From positions 1 through 32,027 of the forward strand of contig JBHGNT010000357.1 of the NCBI GenBank assembly GCA_043228905.1: a stretch of 32,027 nt of DNA, read 5' to 3'. The position numbers and the translations under genes were made by a program. The notes beneath the pieces were generated by a model. That model did not search any database. It was not told where the DNA came from and saw only the letters and a program-made list of their open reading frames with translations. Positions within the stretch are counted from its first letter, which is position 1, and every line of letters starts with the position of its first letter. Origin of the DNA: Azolla caroliniana. Lineage: Eukaryota; Plantae; Polypodiophyta. Below, piece after piece: positions 11,901 through 21,206 of the stretch.

Positions 11901-14123
11901 TTATGTCTTCGTTAACTCTCCAAAGACTAGTAGGGCCATGGGATACATCACTCTTGATAGCAGTAAGCATGTCAACATATAAATGAATCTTTCGAGCGAG
12001 CGCACCTTTTGCACAAATACTTTCAAAGCTTCAAGACTTGTCGGAATTGTCATCTTTGTAATTATGTTAATCTTTGAATCATCCACATGAAATCCTTTTT
12101 GGCACAACATATTGTCCACACTACCTTGTTTTGTATAAACAACCATTTTATCGACAATCTCATCTCGAGAAGGAAGTGAAAATTCATCTCGTTTGGTCGA
12201 ATCATTCAAGGGTTTGAAATTGATCTCATTCTTCTTTGGAACCAAAACTATAGGTGACACACACCTCAAATCTTCCATCTTATAATTGGAACTTTCTTGT
12301 AACCATGCGTTGAACTCTTGCATAAATTCTTCCTTTTGTTCAACACTCAATTGCCGAAGCTTTGGGGAAATTGATACACTTTCCTTCAAGTTGATGTGGT
12401 ATTTGTTGCAAGCTTCTCCTCTTATTCCAAAACACTTGATGAACACATCCTCCACTATGCTTGTGCAATGCACCACTCCACTATCTACTACAACCACCCT
12501 TGTTGAAGATGACCTACTAATAGGAATTCCTACTTTGTTTACTACAAATTCAGAAATCAAGCTTACCCTAGCACCACTATCACCCAAGGCATCTTTGATG
12601 TGAACCCCTTTGATGGAGACAGGGATGATTGGACGTATGTCCTTTCGATCTTCTACTCGCATGATCCCCACGTAATGCACGGTCTTTTGACTTTGGCAAA
12701 TACTCACAAGCCTCCCCCACTCATTTTGTAATGTGGATGATAATTGGAGAAGTTGCGGCCATGTTATCCTTGGTCCACTCGATATCAATTCATGCTTCCG
12801 ATTGAAAGATTCTACACCTTCTCCCATAGGAATATCCTCCATCTTTATCTTCCTTCTAGAGTGTCTCCTTCTCAATTTGTCCTCTTTCTCATTCTCCTTA
12901 GACTTCTTCTTTTGTCTTGAGTCACTAGATTCTTCTTCAACTTCTTTCTCCTTTTGCGAGGCTCTTGTCCTTTTCACAAGAGCTACTTCACAAGCACTAT
13001 CACTATCATCAATAAAATTAAGAAGATTCACATTATGAGGAATTGTAGGAACCTGAGTCATTGGAAGTGTTATGGATTCGCCTCCTTCGACTCCATTGTT
13101 GATAGGTCGTTGTCCATTCCGTTGCACTTCATACATGTCTCTTTCCATACCTCTTTGTTGTCGATGAGGACATCTTGTTGAGTGTCCCTCCTCTTGACAA
13201 GAATAACAAATTACACCTTGATGCCCTCTAGAGCCACCACCATCGGGAATAGTGTTGCGAATTGCTTGGGATTGTTGCAAGTGGGCCATCACTTCATCAA
13301 AGCGCCGATTCACCAACGCCATTGTATCTTGTTCACTCTTCACTTGTTCCACTTCTTGAGATATACTTGTTGGGTTTATTGTTGTGGTGGTATACACATT
13401 TGGAAACACTTGTCCACCATGCACAATTGAAGATAAGGCTTGAAAGTTGGCACGAGGCATCAAATTTGCACCCAAAGCCGTCATTTGGGGATCCCCCATG
13501 GAACTCATCATCTTCACTTGTCGATCATAATCTTGACAAACTTGGAGAAGAGCTTGAAAAGTCGTTGGATCCTTCAAGCTTGCCTCCAAACGGAAATGCA
13601 TATCAAGGCCCACCTTAAATTGTTCTATCTTAAACCACTCGTCTTCGGTGCCACCACGAAGACGAATCCACGTCGTCCACAATTCTTGGAAATTTCGTTC
13701 ATACTCTAAAAAACCAAAAGGTGATTCCATCTTTAGTTGAAAAAGCTCCTCCCTTACCTCAGTTGCACTTTTCCATTGAATATATCTTGTACGAAATTGA
13801 TGCACCAATAATTGATATTCTCCTTGTTCATTTTGCGGAAGAGAGTCATACCAATCTCGAGCACGACCATAGAATGTAGCTACCAACAAGGGCAACTTTT
13901 CGTTGTCGGTGATGCGTCCAATAGATATGGCATGATGCTCAAAGCATGCCAAAAAGGCACCAGCATCTTGTGTTCTTTCACCCGAAAATGCAAATTGCAT
14001 AGCTAAGTTAATGTAATATAGTAACACAATTAAATGATAACTTCTCTTCCTATACGGAAAGGATCGACCCTCCCTGGAGCGCCAAAAATGATAGGGTGTA
14101 TAAGATAATAGATAGTTATACAC
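11901..14123 (-). CDS. Gag (with zinc knuckle) - aspartic protease - vestigial RT fragments in one open frame; likely start MQFAFSGE at ~14000
   Basis: Gag FSGE..DAGAFL..F and GRARDWYDSL. Knuckle CYSCQEEGHSTRCP. Protease ALGDSGARVSLI. RT remnants VSPIVLVPKKN and NFKPLN..TKRDEFSLP. No YxDD motif, RNase H or integrase. Confidence 0.85.
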   Translation of the reverse strand: MYNYLLSYTPYHFWRSREGRSFPYRKRSYHLIVLLYYINLAMQFAFSGERTQDAGAFLACFEHHAISIGRITDNEKLPLLVATFYGRARDWYDSLPQNEQGEYQLLVHQFRTRYIQWKSATEVREELFQLKMESPFGFLEYERNFQELWTTWIRLRGGTEDEWFKIEQFKVGLDMHFRLEASLKDPTTFQALLQVCQDYDRQVKMMSSMGDPQMTALGANLMPRANFQALSSIVHGGQVFPNVYTTTTINPTSISQEVEQVKSEQDTMALVNRRFDEVMAHLQQSQAIRNTIPDGGGSRGHQGVICYSCQEEGHSTRCPHRQQRGMERDMYEVQRNGQRPINNGVEGGESITLPMTQVPTIPHNVNLLNFIDDSDSACEVALVKRTRASQKEKEVEEESSDSRQKKKSKENEKEDKLRRRHSRRKIKMEDIPMGEGVESFNRKHELISSGPRITWPQLLQLSSTLQNEWGRLVSICQSQKTVHYVGIMRVEDRKDIRPIIPVSIKGVHIKDALGDSGARVSLISEFVVNKVGIPISRSSSTRVVVVDSGVVHCTSIVEDVFIKCFGIRGEACNKYHINLKESVSISPKLRQLSVEQKEEFMQEFNAWLQESSNYKMEDLRCVSPIVLVPKKNEINFKPLNDSTKRDEFSLPSRDEIVDKMVVYTKQGSVDNMLCQKGFHVDDSKINIITKMTIPTSLEALKVFVQKVRSLERFIYMLTCLLLSRVMYPMALLVFGELTKT
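14068..14084 (-). other. Primer-binding site (minus strand TGGCGCTCCAGGGAGGG)
   Basis: TGG-initiated and 4 nt inside the 5' LTR. The + strand reads like a tRNA 3' end (..CCCTCCCTGGAGCGCCA). Cognate tRNA not determined. Confidence 0.75.
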
Positions 14124-14814
14124 TATATGAGGGCTTGACCAAACCGATTAGATGGAGTTGAAAATCATAATATATTATATAGCTCTAGGTAATTATGATT
14201 AGAGAGTATAACTCAAGAAACTAAGAAAAAAGATAGAGAAAGCGAGCAAGAAATAAGAATATTCTGATATTCCAACATCAAGAGAATACGAAGGAGACAA
14301 ACTCCACATTGAACTAAAACCAAAGACCTTCCTCTTCTAAGACACTTCCTCTTCCACAAAGACACTTCTTCCTAACAATCCTCATCCACTCTTTGGCCAT
14401 CACTCTTTCGCCCTTCTCACTAATATTACTTCTTCTTTTATAACCTTCCTCTTCTTATCCACGTTCATGCTATTTTTAGAAGCTTTTTATCTCCCTATTT
14501 TTAGCTATGACACATCAACCTTCTAATCGTCATATCTCCCTCATCCGATATCCAAATTAAGCGATTTAAAAAGCTATAGAAAGCTCTTTTTACAACGTGA
14601 TATTTGGATAAACAACGAGGGAGTTATGACCATTCTATTTTTACTGTTTTTTATAGTCTGCGTTTTCTCTTTTTACTTTTCTCTTGGTCTCGTACTTTTA
14701 CTTTTGACTTCTTCCCTAAGGTCTTAGTTCGTGTTCTTATCCTCAAAAGGTGAATTATCTATACTTTATATTCTCCTAATGTTCAATGGCTTAGATTCTA
14801 AAAACACTTTCACA
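14089..14814 (-). repeat. 5' LTR of the gypsy element
   Basis: Direct repeat of 10913-11638. Confidence 0.95.
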
Positions 14815-15078
14815 GTAAGTATTTATGAGAATTGAATTTGAGCATTTCTTTTTGTGAGGGCTTAGGTTGATGGCATCTTGTGGTGTAGGGTAAGGAGCAA
14901 TGGTTTGGATTCAAAGACGTGGAGCTCCTTCGGAAAATCATGGAAAAATGGACACGAAGGACTCTAGGCATATGGTTATTTTAATCACTAGCATGTTGTA
15001 CTTTGTAACATCAAACATATGATCTCGATTTACTATCCCATGCGGATTGCCAACTTTTTTGTAATATCTGGTAAATAG

Positions 15079-15445
15079 TTGAATCTCATTTTGGTTGTAT
15101 ATGACTCAATTTAATGTACATTCTGGTTGTGAGTCTTATTATTTGAATCTCATTTTGGTTGTATATGACTCAATTTGATGTACATTCTGGTTGTGAGTCT
15201 TACTATTTGAATCTCATTCTGGTTGTATATGACTCAATTTGAATCTCATTCTAAATAGTGTGTGACTCAATGTGAATCTCATTCTGGTTGTATATGACTC
15301 AATTTGAATCTCATTCTAAATAGTGTGTGACTCAATGTGAATCTCATTCTGGTTGTATATGACTCAATTTGATGTACATTTTGGTTGTGAATATTATTAT
15401 TTGAATCTCATTCTGGTTGTATATGATTCAATGTGAATCTTATTC
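15079..15445. repeat. Tandem array of ~32-bp subunits (TGAATCTCATTCTGGTTGTATATGACTCAAT..)
   Basis: About 11 related units with higher-order ~64-bp pairing, read by eye. Confidence 0.8.
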
Positions 15446-15449
15446 AAAA

Positions 15450-15625
15450 GCAATGTACAATAATGCAATACTAGTCAATAATGGATATTGCCGACAAAGA
15501 AATGTACAACAATGCAATACTAGTCAATAATGGATATTGCTGACAAAGAAATGTACAACAATGCAATACTAGACAATGCAATAATAGTCAATAATAGAGA
15601 AGGTAGACAAAGCAATGTACAAAAT
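15450..15625. repeat. ~49-bp tandem repeat (AATGTACAACAATGCAATACTAGTCAATAATGGATATTGC..) x2-3
   Basis: Direct repeats read in sequence. Confidence 0.75.
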
Positions 15626-15639
15626 GTTTTGGTGTAGGA

Positions 15640-15803
15640 AACCCGACTAATTAATGAGGAGCCCGACTCATTATAAAAGAGGGAGCCCGAATGATTAATG
15701 AGGAGTCCGACTCATTTGAAAAAGGGAGCCCGACTGATTAATGAGGAGCCCGACTCATTTAAAAAAGGGAGCCTGACTGATTAATGAGGAGCCCGACTTA
15801 TTA
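15640..15803. repeat. ~21-bp array with GAGCCCGACT core (about 8 copies) upstream of the MULE transposase
   Basis: Alternating GAGCCCGACTCATT and GAGCCCGACTGATTAATGAG units. Confidence 0.8.
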
Positions 15804-17254
15804 ATAGTCAATTGCCCAACTACGTGTAATGATGGCGTTTCAATGATCATACTAACGACAATAGCAAATTGATTCATCAAATTCAGTAGCAGGCACTAAG
15901 AGGTAGACTCATTCACTAAGGATTGAACTCATTCCCTTCCTTAACAGTCTATTAATCACTCGCACTCATTTCATTCACCCTCATTCTCAATCGTTCACTA
16001 GTAGCCCTAAACACTCTCGAACTAAATCATTGAAGAAGAGCTGAAATAATCCACTCCATTCATGTGAATTATTTGAATTCATTCACTTCATTCATTCGTA
16101 TAATCTCTCACATTCACTTAATTCACCTCAATCATTGGCATTCTCGATCATATTGTGTTTGCTGTGGAGAGCACAAGGCATCATTGTGTCTTCGCCATGT
16201 CGGAAGATGAATCTGAGGATACGTCATGGTCATCCAATGCATCGTTTGTATTTGAGGATTAAATGGAGATTCCTTTTGAGTTATCAGATTCCGATCATGA
16301 GGAAGAGGCGGTCGATCCCTTCATGTATTGTTCCCCCAGGTATTTTGCATTTTCAAGAGGTACGTATAATTTGATGGTTAAAGATTTATTGGGACAAGTT
16401 AAGGTAACATTGGAAGCATTACGTGATGTCGCAAGGGGAGCACCTCTTTCACTTCATGCATGGAGGCGCATGAAGAGTCGTCTCATACTCGGGAATGAAA
16501 GTGTAATTTACCTTAAAGCATCACCTAATCTTCAAGTATTATACGTTGAGAAATGGAGGGAAGTAGTATTAGCGTCACATGGTGACACATCCCATCACAC
16601 ATTTTCAAAGACTCTTAAAGAGTTAAAGCTAGTTTATGCGACTGATATACGTGATTATGGCATCCCACCGGAGTACATAAAAGCACTCATTACAAGTTGT
16701 GGTTGCCAAATGGTATCAAAGGTCGACCCGATAGAAGGTTTGGGATCAAGCATGGCCAAATATAACAAGACCCTACCCATAGAAGTGATCAAGATAGAAG
16801 CCCACCAATTAGATTATGTGCTCACAGATTTGCAAACCAAGTACCACACACGTTTAAGGAAAGGAGTCAAGAAGGGTATGCGTGTGACTAGGTATAGTTG
16901 CCATCGTGTTGGGACATCTCGACTTGCCTCTAATTCCACTCGACGACGCAGGTGCACACCCCGATGTGGGTGCACATTCCATGTGGACGTTAGAATGAAT
17001 GACGGTGTTGACAATGAGACACTTACCATTTCAATATATGGACCTCATAGTGGTCATGTACCATGTAGTAGGTCGGATGTGTACCATTTGCCAGTACACC
17101 CCAATGTCATAAGTTGTTGCAAAGATGACCTATTTGATGTTGGGTGTGCAAGGCATGTGGCACGAATGAGCATGCGTAAGGAAGCATATCATAAGTCCAA
17201 GGCTAGTCCATTAGAGCTTGTTAGCTATTGGTTCTTTATGATACCAAAGGAGGT

Positions 17255-17290
17255 AACACGTTCGCGTTCACAAGTGGAAGGATCGCGCAT
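17255..17290 (+). repeat. Left TIR AACACGTTCGCGTTCACAAGTGGAAGGATCGCGCAT
   Basis: Reverse complement of 26234-26269 with one mismatch. Confidence 0.95.
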
Positions 17291-17613
17291 AAATGGAAGG
17301 ATAAGGGTAATTTTAGGGGTTTTTCAATGATTTTACAAAACACATTGATACTAGTATCATACAAGTTCAAACATACTATGAAAAAGGTTAAAAATCCACT
17401 ATTTTCGTGATTTAGAAGTAACTAAAAAAAGACGAATATCAAAAACGTACATTCTCAATTTATATCACAAACTTTACAACCAATGTTATTTTATAAGAAA
17501 CGATTTTTGGGAAATCATAAGAATTCAAAACACATGATTTTATATTACTCGATTTGTTACAAGCGGAATGTAGTTACACTTAATAGCCAAATATACATTC
17601 ATGATAGAGTCCT

Positions 17614-20384
17614 TTACGGAGAATCACTACTATAACTAATATACAATGACGATTCCTCCTCATCATCCTCGGATGTACCAATCAGTGCATTATCTTCGTC
17701 ATAAACCAAATGGTTTGACTCTAGATTATATGTAGCAGATCTCGTTTGCCTTTGACTCGAGCCACCTTGTAGACCTGGTAATTTTTCTTTTATTATATCT
17801 ATTGTTGACTTCCTTAATCGTCCGGCTTTTGTAAGTGTGAAGTCGTACACGATGATATCCACATCAGAGATATCAAGGGTCGAGGTGTTACGAATGTTTC
17901 GCTTCCTCTTCCTACCTCCCCTTCTTGTTTGGCATTCAATCATCTCCAATGTATACTTACCTGTAAAAGCATTTGCACTTCTAGTGTTGTACCAATGAAC
18001 ATTTATAGACTTGATCGTGTTTTCTATTTCATGCATTAGCACTTCTAGAATTTTACCAAGTGGCCATGTGAGTTCTCATCAGCCGGCGTTGCAATCAACA
18101 TCCCCGCGGTGAGCTCTTGCAAATTTCCTTGCCATCTAGCTTCGGCTGCTTTGGTCATCCTTGGTCCCACATAAATGTCTCTTTGTTGTGGATGGACCAA
18201 GCTGTCATTAATCGCATTTACTAGTCGCTCCGGACTTCTATTTACGCGATCATGTTGCAACGACCATGTGAATGGCGTTTCCAAATTCCAATTATCAACA
18301 GATACACAATTGTCTATAATTTCATTCTGATCACTATAAAATACATCCCACCATGACGTGTCTTGTTGTGCGGCATATTTCTTGGCGGCCTCAATATGCT
18401 TTCTTTTTTCTTCTAAGGCTTGGAGCCATGACCGTTTTTGTTCTGATACCAAGTCGCTCTGCAACTGTCCTTTCTTCTCAATTGGCATTTGCTTAGCTCC
18501 ATGGACAATTGTACTCGGCATACAAAGTAATAACTGGCAACCACCTTCAGGTTCCCATGTTGTAGAAGATGAATATTGTTTAGCATACAAAAGTGTAGAA
18601 CCACTTATTCCATTTTTCTTTATCAAAAAAATGTGATTGAAACTTATATTGTTTAATTGAGCAAGCACTTTAACATTCCCACCACCCCCATCTAATATAT
18701 ATCTCTTAAAGTCATATACCTCCTTCAAGTGTAACACTTTTGGGCGTGGTGTATATGCATCACAAATGACATCAAATAGTTTAGGTAAAGTGAAAGCATC
18801 ATGCCGAGACAACTGTCTGGAGAATGTGCTAAACATCTGATCTATATGGTCATGTGTGTGGCCAACCAAAAGGAAATTGACTTTCACTTTCCTAAACAAT
18901 TCTAGGTTGACCAACATACTTAGATAGCCAAATACAGTTGAATTTTTGTTCTCTCTAGCAGTATTGTCCAATTGAATGTATAGAACAGGGGGGAAAGGTT
19001 GTCCCCAAGACATCAAAACTCGGTGAATCACTGTAACTGTTAGGTTAGGGTCATTGTGAACATTGGGGTAAGTAATGAAGACGTGAGGTCGAACAGACCT
19101 ATTATAAGCCAAGCATCCCACCAAGTGCATTTGAACAAGGCACTCATCATTGACATCTTTGGGGAGCCTCCGCATATGCGGCAAGCATGTCTTCTTCTGG
19201 TCCATGCCATCTATCATTAAGCACATGTATTGTTCAGGCCTCTTCAAACACTTCTCTCTATGATGCATCGCCTTCCTTCGTTCTAAGGATTGTGCCTCAC
19301 GATGCTCTTGTAGTAACTTCTTACTCGTATCCTTTTCCATTGATGTCTTTGCACCTTTAGCCAAACTTTTAAGATTTGCACAAATGGAGCAATACCCCAT
19401 ACGTACTTTACGAGGAATAATAACATTTGAAAACCGAGCTCTCCATAATCTTGTGAATTGGCTATAGGTGATAGACTTATTACGTGAGCCCAGCATTTCA
19501 GATCGATAGACATCATAAACTTCCCGACGGGTATAATTATCAGAAAGATGCATCCTACCTGTAGTGGGCATTACTTCACAATTTAACTGAAAGTAAGTTT
19601 TCATCCAGCCAATAGCTAGTCTTCCAATTGCACCTTTCATACTTGGAACCTCTTTACAATTGAGCATCTGATCCCCGCTAAGTAGACGTTGTTGTACTCT
19701 ATGTAGCCGCATGTTACTAACACATAACGCAATTTTGAATGCAACTCTACATATCTGTTGCGCATGGAAGATATAATACTCGAATGATACTTTGATCCCC
19801 GTACATTTGTCAGATACTAGTTGCATATGTGATCCGAGGTAAGTGTCTTGCTCATCACCGGTCATCGAAAAATAGTATCGCCTTAATTCTCGCAACTTTG
19901 ATTTTCCAATCATAGACATACAACCACGGGCACAACATATTTTGTTGACATCAAATCCAATCTGTTTATCTGATGTCACCAAGCTAAATCTAGCCAGACG
20001 AATTCTTCGTGGGATTCTTCTAATATGCATAGGGCTCCCAGATTTCTCTTCCTGCATAGAGGTTGGTGTAACCTTGTTACAGTCTAATTCTCTGTTCTGA
20101 CCATCGCCAATGTTATTCAATGTTTCCTGGGCACTTCCTTCATTCTCGGTATCTTTATTAATATCGTATTCTTCAATAGAGAACTCTTCACATGTGTCAT
20201 TATTTACATTCCCTGTAGATGAGCTCAGACAATATTCTTCGATAGAATATGGTGAGTCGGTCGAAATGCAATATTCTTCAATCGAATATGGTGACTCTGT
20301 TGACAAACAATACTCTTCAGTAGAAAACGATGGGTCTGATGACAAACAATATTCTTCAATCGAGAACGGTGAATCTTCACTCAT
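17614..20384 (-). pseudogene. Sola-like (DUF7869-type) DDD transposase, ~920 aa; one frameshift near 18060
   Basis: CCxxxC and CSIC motifs, candidate catalytic motifs MIDGMDQ, LYIQLDNTARENKN and VGHTHDHIDQMFS. ORF 18045-20384 continues in another frame (GKILEVLMHE...) as ORF 17614-18042. Superfamily assigned from recalled motif style and the 4-bp TSD. Confidence 0.75.
20226..20381 (-). repeat. 39-bp coding tandem repeat x4 (13 aa, S.DSP(F/Y)SIEEYCL) at the transposase N-terminus
   Basis: SEDSPFSIEEYCL / SSDPSFSTEEYCL / STESPYSIEEYCI / STDSPYSIEEYCL, plus a partial fifth copy EFSIEEY. Confidence 0.9.
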
Positions 20385-21052
20385 GGCTTAAGGTCTAGAT
20401 AGGGCTCTCTAAGTTATACTCCTCTCTAAACATATACTCCTCCCTAAACATAAACTTCTCTCTAAACAAAAGCCAAATCAATAGAATGTCTATATTATGT
20501 AATATTCTATTAATACAATACATCTAAAAATTATTTTTAATAAAGTAATTTTACTTAAATTATCAATCATTATATAAACTAGATCTAAATGATGTTAAAT
20601 CAAGTAAAATATAAAACTAATCATTAACAAGCCTTGAATATGTTGGATTAATGTTAAAATCATTGGCTAATTAATGACACCCATTTTGATATAGAACGTC
20701 TCACGCATTGGTTCTTTAATGCTCACCATTTTAAATATTAGACTTATCAATCATTGGTTAATTCATGCCCACATATTTAATACATAACATTTGAGAGTCA
20801 TAACAATTGTTGCTTTTAGTAATCAATCATTGGTACATTCATGAACCTCTATCATTGTCTCCTTCATAACCTTTGAAGTCATTGTAGGTTGTTATGACTA
20901 TAAAAGATTGATCAATATGTTAGTTTGACTTTGTAATCATTAATACAATCATAAGTTACTCTAGTTAATGTGACTATGGTTACCAACTAACTATCCTCAA
21001 AGTTACCAACATTGGTTAAGGTGACTATGGTTACTTTAACCATGTGTTCAAT

Positions 21053-21065
21053 CCCTATAAATAGG
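21053..21065 (+). promoter_or_regulatory. TATA box (CCTATAAATAGG) of the methyltransferase gene
   Basis: Plant-consensus TATA ~30 nt before a pyrimidine-rich TTTCACTCA initiator-like site and ~150 nt before ACCATG at 21207. The 5' UTR contains ~10-bp AGAGC(G/A)(T/C)AC repeats. Confidence 0.65.
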
Positions 21066-21206
21066 AAGACCTCATCATATTTCACTCACCAGAGCGTACA
21101 GAGCGTACAGAGCACACAGAACGTAGAGAGCACATAGAGCACACAAAGCACTCAGAGCACAAAGCACGAAAGCGCGATCTCCGCCTCCACTTCAACACGA
21201 ACAACC

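Larger units (their letters stand above)
10913..14814 (-). mobile_element. Young non-autonomous Ty3/gypsy-type LTR element (3.9 kb) with 5-bp TSD GTAAG
   Basis: Two 726-bp LTRs with TG..CA ends. TSD GTAAG at 10908-10912 and 14815-14819. Minus-strand PPT next to 11638 and PBS next to 14089. Confidence 0.95.
9437..14984 (+). pseudogene. Spliced Ulp1-like (peptidase C48, SUMO protease) gene with an N-terminal CxxC...HxxxxH Zn-finger-like motif; 5' exons not resolved
   Basis: Catalytic motifs VFIPILQSGHWVL (His), VFCDPL (Asp), PTQPNGTDCGYYV (Gln/Cys). In-frame stops at 10740 (TGA) and 10794 (TAG). Last intron starts GTAAG at 10908 and ends TAG at 14888. Last exon GKEQWFGFKDVELLRKIM...* is 14889-14984. 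Confidence 0.8.

Noticed and set aside
14061-14084. tRNA gene
   Set aside because: Only a 3'-end match is present; it is the retrotransposon PBS.
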